Source: a virus. From it: a DNA stretch of 64,000 bases. The position numbers were made by a program, and so were the translations under genes. The notes beneath the pieces are model-generated. The model was not told the DNA's origin and made no database searches. It worked only from the letters and a program-made list of their open reading frames with translations. This document shows, one piece after another, positions 60,778-64,000 of the stretch (the first letter of the stretch is position 1; each line of letters begins with the position of its first letter). The stretch is from positions 95,578-159,577 of the IMG/VR virus record IMGVR_UViG_3300045988_160236, one strand, 5' to 3'.

Positions 60778-61116
60778 TTAACATAATTTAGAAAATTGTT
60801 TTAAATAAAATCCAGAATCTGGAAGCATAGAAGTATTTATTTTATTTATGCTAATTTCTTTTCCACTGAGTATTTTTGAAGATCTAGACTTAAGTTTAGC
60901 AATAAAATAATTAGATTTATTTGTTAAAACGCTTAATAAATCTATTTCCCCACATTTAAGTTGTTCTAAATCCTGATTTTCAATTTTTACAAATAAGTAG
61001 TCTTGTCCATTAGACTGTAGAACACCAATATATTTAATATTATTCTTATCTTTTGCTAAAATAATTTGTGGAATATCATAGAAACCTAAAATTTCGATTA
61101 ATTTTAACTGTAACAT
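60778..61116 (-). CDS. hypothetical protein (about 112 aa, start trimmed to an internal Met to avoid tRNA overlap)
   Basis: ORF 60778..61272 overlaps the tRNA at 61132-61213. Confidence 0.25.
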   Translation of the reverse strand: MLQLKLIEILGFYDIPQIILAKDKNNIKYIGVLQSNGQDYLFVKIENQDLEQLKCGEIDLLSVLTNKSNYFIAKLKSRSSKILSGKEISINKINTSMLPDSGFYLKQFSKLC

Positions 61117-61131
61117 AATATAAATTTTTAG

Positions 61132-61213
61132 AGCCCCCTGTCGGACTCGAACCGACGCGTTCAAATGAAGACGGATTACAAAACCGTTGCAGTCGCCGCT
61201 GTGCCAAGGAGGC
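61132..61213 (-). tRNA. type II (long-variable-arm) tRNA with anticodon TGT (would read ACA); Ser/Tyr-like D-loop
   Basis: Acceptor GCCTCCT/AGGGGGC; D region TGGCACAGCGGCGACTGC; anticodon arm ACGG(T)-TTTGTAA-(T)CCGT; variable hairpin TTC-ATTT-GAA; T-arm GTCGG-TTCGAGT-CCGAC. Confidence 0.45.
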
Positions 61214-61438
61214 TTACAAACACTATCGTAGTTTACACGTCTGATTTTTATTGCCACAGAAACTCCATACAAATGATCAATTTATATGCTAAGAGTTATT
61301 ACGCCGCTAAAATTGCTGAGTGAAACTAACTTGTTTCTTTATTGTCTATCAGCATCGACTTTACCCTAACATTTAGGGAGTGCTCATTACCTTGTACTTC
61401 GGTAGTTTGTTCGAATAGGCTTTGAGCTAGCCTATAAA

Positions 61439-62172
61439 CTATTTATTTTTAGAGTATCGATATCGTCTAGTACTATTTTTATTCCTTGATCCAAAATGTT
61501 CAGTCATTGCATGATGATTTGGACACAAAACCTGGAGATTTTCTTCTTTATTGTTAGTTGCATCTCCATCAATATGATGTATCTGAAGAATGGATAAATT
61601 AGTATAAGGATTAATGAAATTACATCCACATCCTGGAATTTCACAGGTATAATTAGCCTTCTCTAATAAATATCGTCGAATATGTGCAGATAATCCATCT
61701 TCACCTGCCATTCCTAATTCTTTACCTTCTTTTCAGCGTTTGATAAATTCCTTGTAGGCATATTCAGCTTGGCATTTGTGATTACAATATTGATTTCTTG
61801 CAGGTACTACATTTCCACAATTTACACAGATAGAAGTAGCACCACGAACATACTTACCACTTGACTTAGCGCCTCTTTTTAAATTTATATATGTAGCACT
61901 GCATGAATGGGAACAAAAGTCATTGGCTCTCTTACTTCATGAAATTGCACTTCCGCATTGTTTACATAGTTTAGGATTCTTTTCATAACTATCTTTTGTA
62001 AGTATGTTAGTAACAGGAATCTCCACTTTATTTTTAACTGCCCATTCTTTTAATTTATTTCTATTAGAAATATTATCATGAATTTCTAACTTTTTACAAA
62101 TTTCAAACAAACTTTTACTGTTATTTCACACAGTTCTGATTATATCATCTGAAAGTTCTTTAAAACGTTTCA
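61439..62172 (-). CDS. HNH homing endonuclease; three in-frame TGA codons
   Basis: C-terminal 'HHIDGDATNNKEENLQVLCPNHHA' HNH motif; N-terminal CxxC pairs; continuous frame from ATG 62172 through TGAs to the TAA at 61439. Confidence 0.65.
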
Positions 62173-62207
62173 TTAATTTAGTTTATTAATAATTATTAGT
62201 TACAATT

Positions 62208-62280
62208 GAGAGGTATAAGAGATTCAAACTCTCCCCTTGTGATTGGAAGTCACATATGCTATCACTAACACCAATACCTC
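62208..62280 (-). tRNA. tRNA-Gly (anticodon TCC)
   Basis: Perfect acceptor GAGGTAT/ATACCTC; perfect anticodon arm TGTGA-CTTCCAA-TCACA; T-arm GAGAG-TTTGAAT-CTCTT. Confidence 0.65.
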
Positions 62281-62493
62281 ATAAAAGGTCTCTATAAAGC
62301 TCCGTAGATTAAAAGTCTATTGCTAAATAAAGGTTGCTGTAAGAGACCTTGTAAAACACAACTGTGAAATTTTCGCTTTGAATCATTTCTGATCTCTGGA
62401 CTAATACTGATAGATTAGAGTGCCTTCATATCAGAGCCTGCAATGTCCATACCGCACTCTCGGCTTTACATTTCACTACAAATCCTAGTTGTG

Positions 62494-62979
62494 TTATTTC
62501 TGCTCTACTATCCAAGCATTCAATCCTCTGGAAGAAGGCCTTTCATTATCAAGTAAATTCTTCAGATCTATCTTACCAATATCTGAGAATTTAATATTGT
62601 AGTAGCATCCAGTAACAGGCATGATACTTGCTACATTACTTGTATCAACATGAGCAACGATACAAGTAATATCGTGTGCAAATGCCAAACCTAACTCCCA
62701 GGCAGTACCACTGTCAGAATAATGACCATGATAGATTGCAAGTACACAATCTGCATTTCTAATCTGTTCTACATCATAGTCAAACACTTCACGTGCCCAC
62801 TCTTCATTAGTTAACTTTTCACCATTTTCAATGAAGTGTTCCATAGGAACTATAACTTCATATCCTTGATTACGCAGAATGAGTGCTGCAGTTTCTACAA
62901 GATGCCGTTCTTTTTCATTGAAAAACGGACCTGCAAGATAAATCTTTATCATTTTATTATGCTTTACATACTTTTTCAA
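62494..62979 (-). CDS. nucleoside 2-deoxyribosyltransferase-family protein
   Basis: N-terminal 'KIYLAGPFFNEKER' NDT-family signature; 161 aa. Confidence 0.5.
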   Translation of the reverse strand: MKKYVKHNKMIKIYLAGPFFNEKERHLVETAALILRNQGYEVIVPMEHFIENGEKLTNEEWAREVFDYDVEQIRNADCVLAIYHGHYSDSGTAWELGLAFAHDITCIVAHVDTSNVASIMPVTGCYYNIKFSDIGKIDLKNLLDNERPSSRGLNAWIVEQK

Positions 62980-62992
62980 AAGTATAATCTTC

Positions 62993-63395
62993 TCAATTAA
63001 TTCTCTTATATTGATTTTTACCTACGTTAACGTAAGGGTGTCTTATTGTAATCATAGTTTGTCCCTCAACAACTTCGATAGGTAATAAAAATAATACATT
63101 ACTTTGTAGGTTATAACACGCAAAATAATCTATTTCTTCATGAGTATATTTGTGCTTCTCCCCAGAGTTCCTGTGCATTGTTGAACTAACCAGGCTAATA
63201 ACAAATTTCTCTGAATCAATTCACTCTTCAAAGGTTTTTACCTGAACTTTATTTAATTTTCCATTAAAGTCAGCAATTAAATCTGACTTTTCATTATCTC
63301 CAAATGGAATATATACAGGTATTTGAAGTTCAACAAATTTAGCAAGGGCTTTCGCCTCACCTATATTTCCCAATTGTTTAGTAGTCATTTTTATT
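62993..63395 (-). CDS. PD-(D/E)XK nuclease (Hjc/restriction-endonuclease-like fold); in-frame TGA at about 63221-63223
   Basis: 'GNIGEAKALAKFVELQIPVYIPFGDNEKSDLIADFNGKLNKVQVKT' (E…PxGD…DLIA…VQVK) in frame with ORF 62993..63178. Confidence 0.5.
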
Positions 63396-63404
63396 CTTTT
63401 TAAG

Positions 63405-63477
63405 CGGGAGCACCAAGATTCGAACTTGGAATCTATCGGTTAACAGCCGATTGCGTTAGCCATTGCGCCATACTCCC
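63405..63477 (-). tRNA. tRNA-Asn (anticodon GTT)
   Basis: Acceptor GGGAGTA/TGCTCCC, G73; D-stem GCGC/(A)CGC, AATGGCTA loop; perfect anticodon arm ATCGG-CTGTTAA-CCGAT; T-arm CCAAG-TTCGAAT-CTTGG. Confidence 0.65.
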
Positions 63478-63544
63478 AAAGTGGGCTAGGTTACTCTAAT
63501 TTACATCCTACCATTAGACGACTATAGTACTTCTCAGCCCTGAA

Positions 63545-63590
63545 GTTTCCTATAACTGGGACTCGAACCCAGATCGCTGTTCAACAAAAT
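63545..63590 (-). pseudogene. tRNA 3'-half remnant (T-arm CTGGG-TTCGAGT-CCCAG only)
   Basis: Canonical T-arm, but no matching acceptor 5' strand or anticodon arm found within 120 nt. Confidence 0.3.
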
Positions 63591-63665
63591 ACAATTCAGT
63601 AGAAGAAGCTTGCTGAAGTAACCTTGTGTTTACAAAAATAATAACTTTATTTTACATATGCAAGA

Positions 63666-64000
63666 TTAATCATCCATGCCGTGATCCTGCCGATATCATT
63701 TAAGAATAGTTCTGCCACTAACTCCAAACTTCTTACCTAGTGCTGTTTTAGAATTAGTCTTTAGAAGTTCCTCTAATTCTTCTTTAGAAGGTCGTACAGG
63801 ATTCTTTAAAGATTTACGTAAACAAGTTATACATAATCCAGTCATAGAAGCGGAATTTAGAACTTTACCACATTCTGAACATGCATAGGTTTTCTTATTG
63901 ATTTGCCGATTTTTGCTTTTATAGTTATCTGTTTTAGCATGACAATTAGGACAAAGAAGCATTAAATTAGAATCCACATTGTTATCTGGATTTCCATCAA
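63666..64000 (-). CDS. HNH endonuclease, 3' part (gene continues beyond the window); in-frame TGA at 63696-63698
   Basis: 'LLCPNCHAKTDNYKSKN' HNH motif; the frame continues upstream past 64000 ('HHIDGNPDNN…'); true stop is TAA at 63666. Confidence 0.55.

Noticed and set aside
1-64000. CRISPR arrays or other tandem direct repeats
   Set aside because: No regularly spaced direct repeats were seen. The only repetitive DNA is the coiled-coil codon repeats in 58100-58900.

Overview
This 64 kb window is AT-rich, and nearly every gene lies on the minus strand. It reads as a slice of a large lytic phage genome of the T4-like or jumbo type, with four gene blocks and one major anomaly.

- **Replication and nucleotide metabolism module (about 1-40 kb).** It holds family-A DNA polymerase, DnaG-like primase, DnaB-like and UvsW-like helicases, a Dda-like helicase, SSB, a Sak4-like ATPase, DNA ligase, RNase H, polynucleotide kinase/phosphatase, an RNA-ligase-like protein, dUTPase, ThyX, class II ribonucleotide reductase, thioredoxin and a ferredoxin:thioredoxin-reductase-like Cys-rich protein.
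- **Auxiliary metabolism block (about 44-57.7 kb).** It holds GMP reductase, PRPP synthetase, adenylosuccinate synthetase, and a PncA / NadV / NadE / NADAR NAD-salvage set. It also holds two vWA proteins (one with Ro60-like TROVE+vWA architecture), a LOG-family protein and an MgtC-family membrane protein; methylglyoxal synthase lies separately at about 40.2-40.7 kb.
- **SPFH/NfeD gene pair (about 57.9-60.0 kb).**
- **Dispersed tRNA array (41-63.6 kb).** At least 15 tRNA or tRNA-like genes are interleaved with HNH and PD-(D/E)XK nucleases.
- **Main anomaly: TGA is read as a sense codon.** Dozens of essential genes (polA, primase, both helicases, ligase, dUTPase, RNase H, thyX, HNH) stay in one frame across in-frame TGA codons. 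TAA, and at least one TAG (the LAGLIDADG gene), are used as genuine stops. In RNase H, two of the three in-frame TGAs align with the invariant Trp residues of the 'DLW' and 'WVKGH' motifs, so TGA is most likely Trp (a code-4-like recoding). No UCA-anticodon tRNA is recognisable in the window.
- **Other notable points.**
  - thyX is split by a likely group I intron carrying an ORF.
  - Two long-variable-arm (type II) tRNAs carry non-Leu/Ser/Tyr anticodons, UCU and UGU.
  - One tRNA has an 8-nt anticodon loop.
  - A radical SAM gene is followed by three tandem paralogous small proteins.

The ORF track splits recoded genes at TGA. I merged fragments only where frame continuity and protein motifs supported it.
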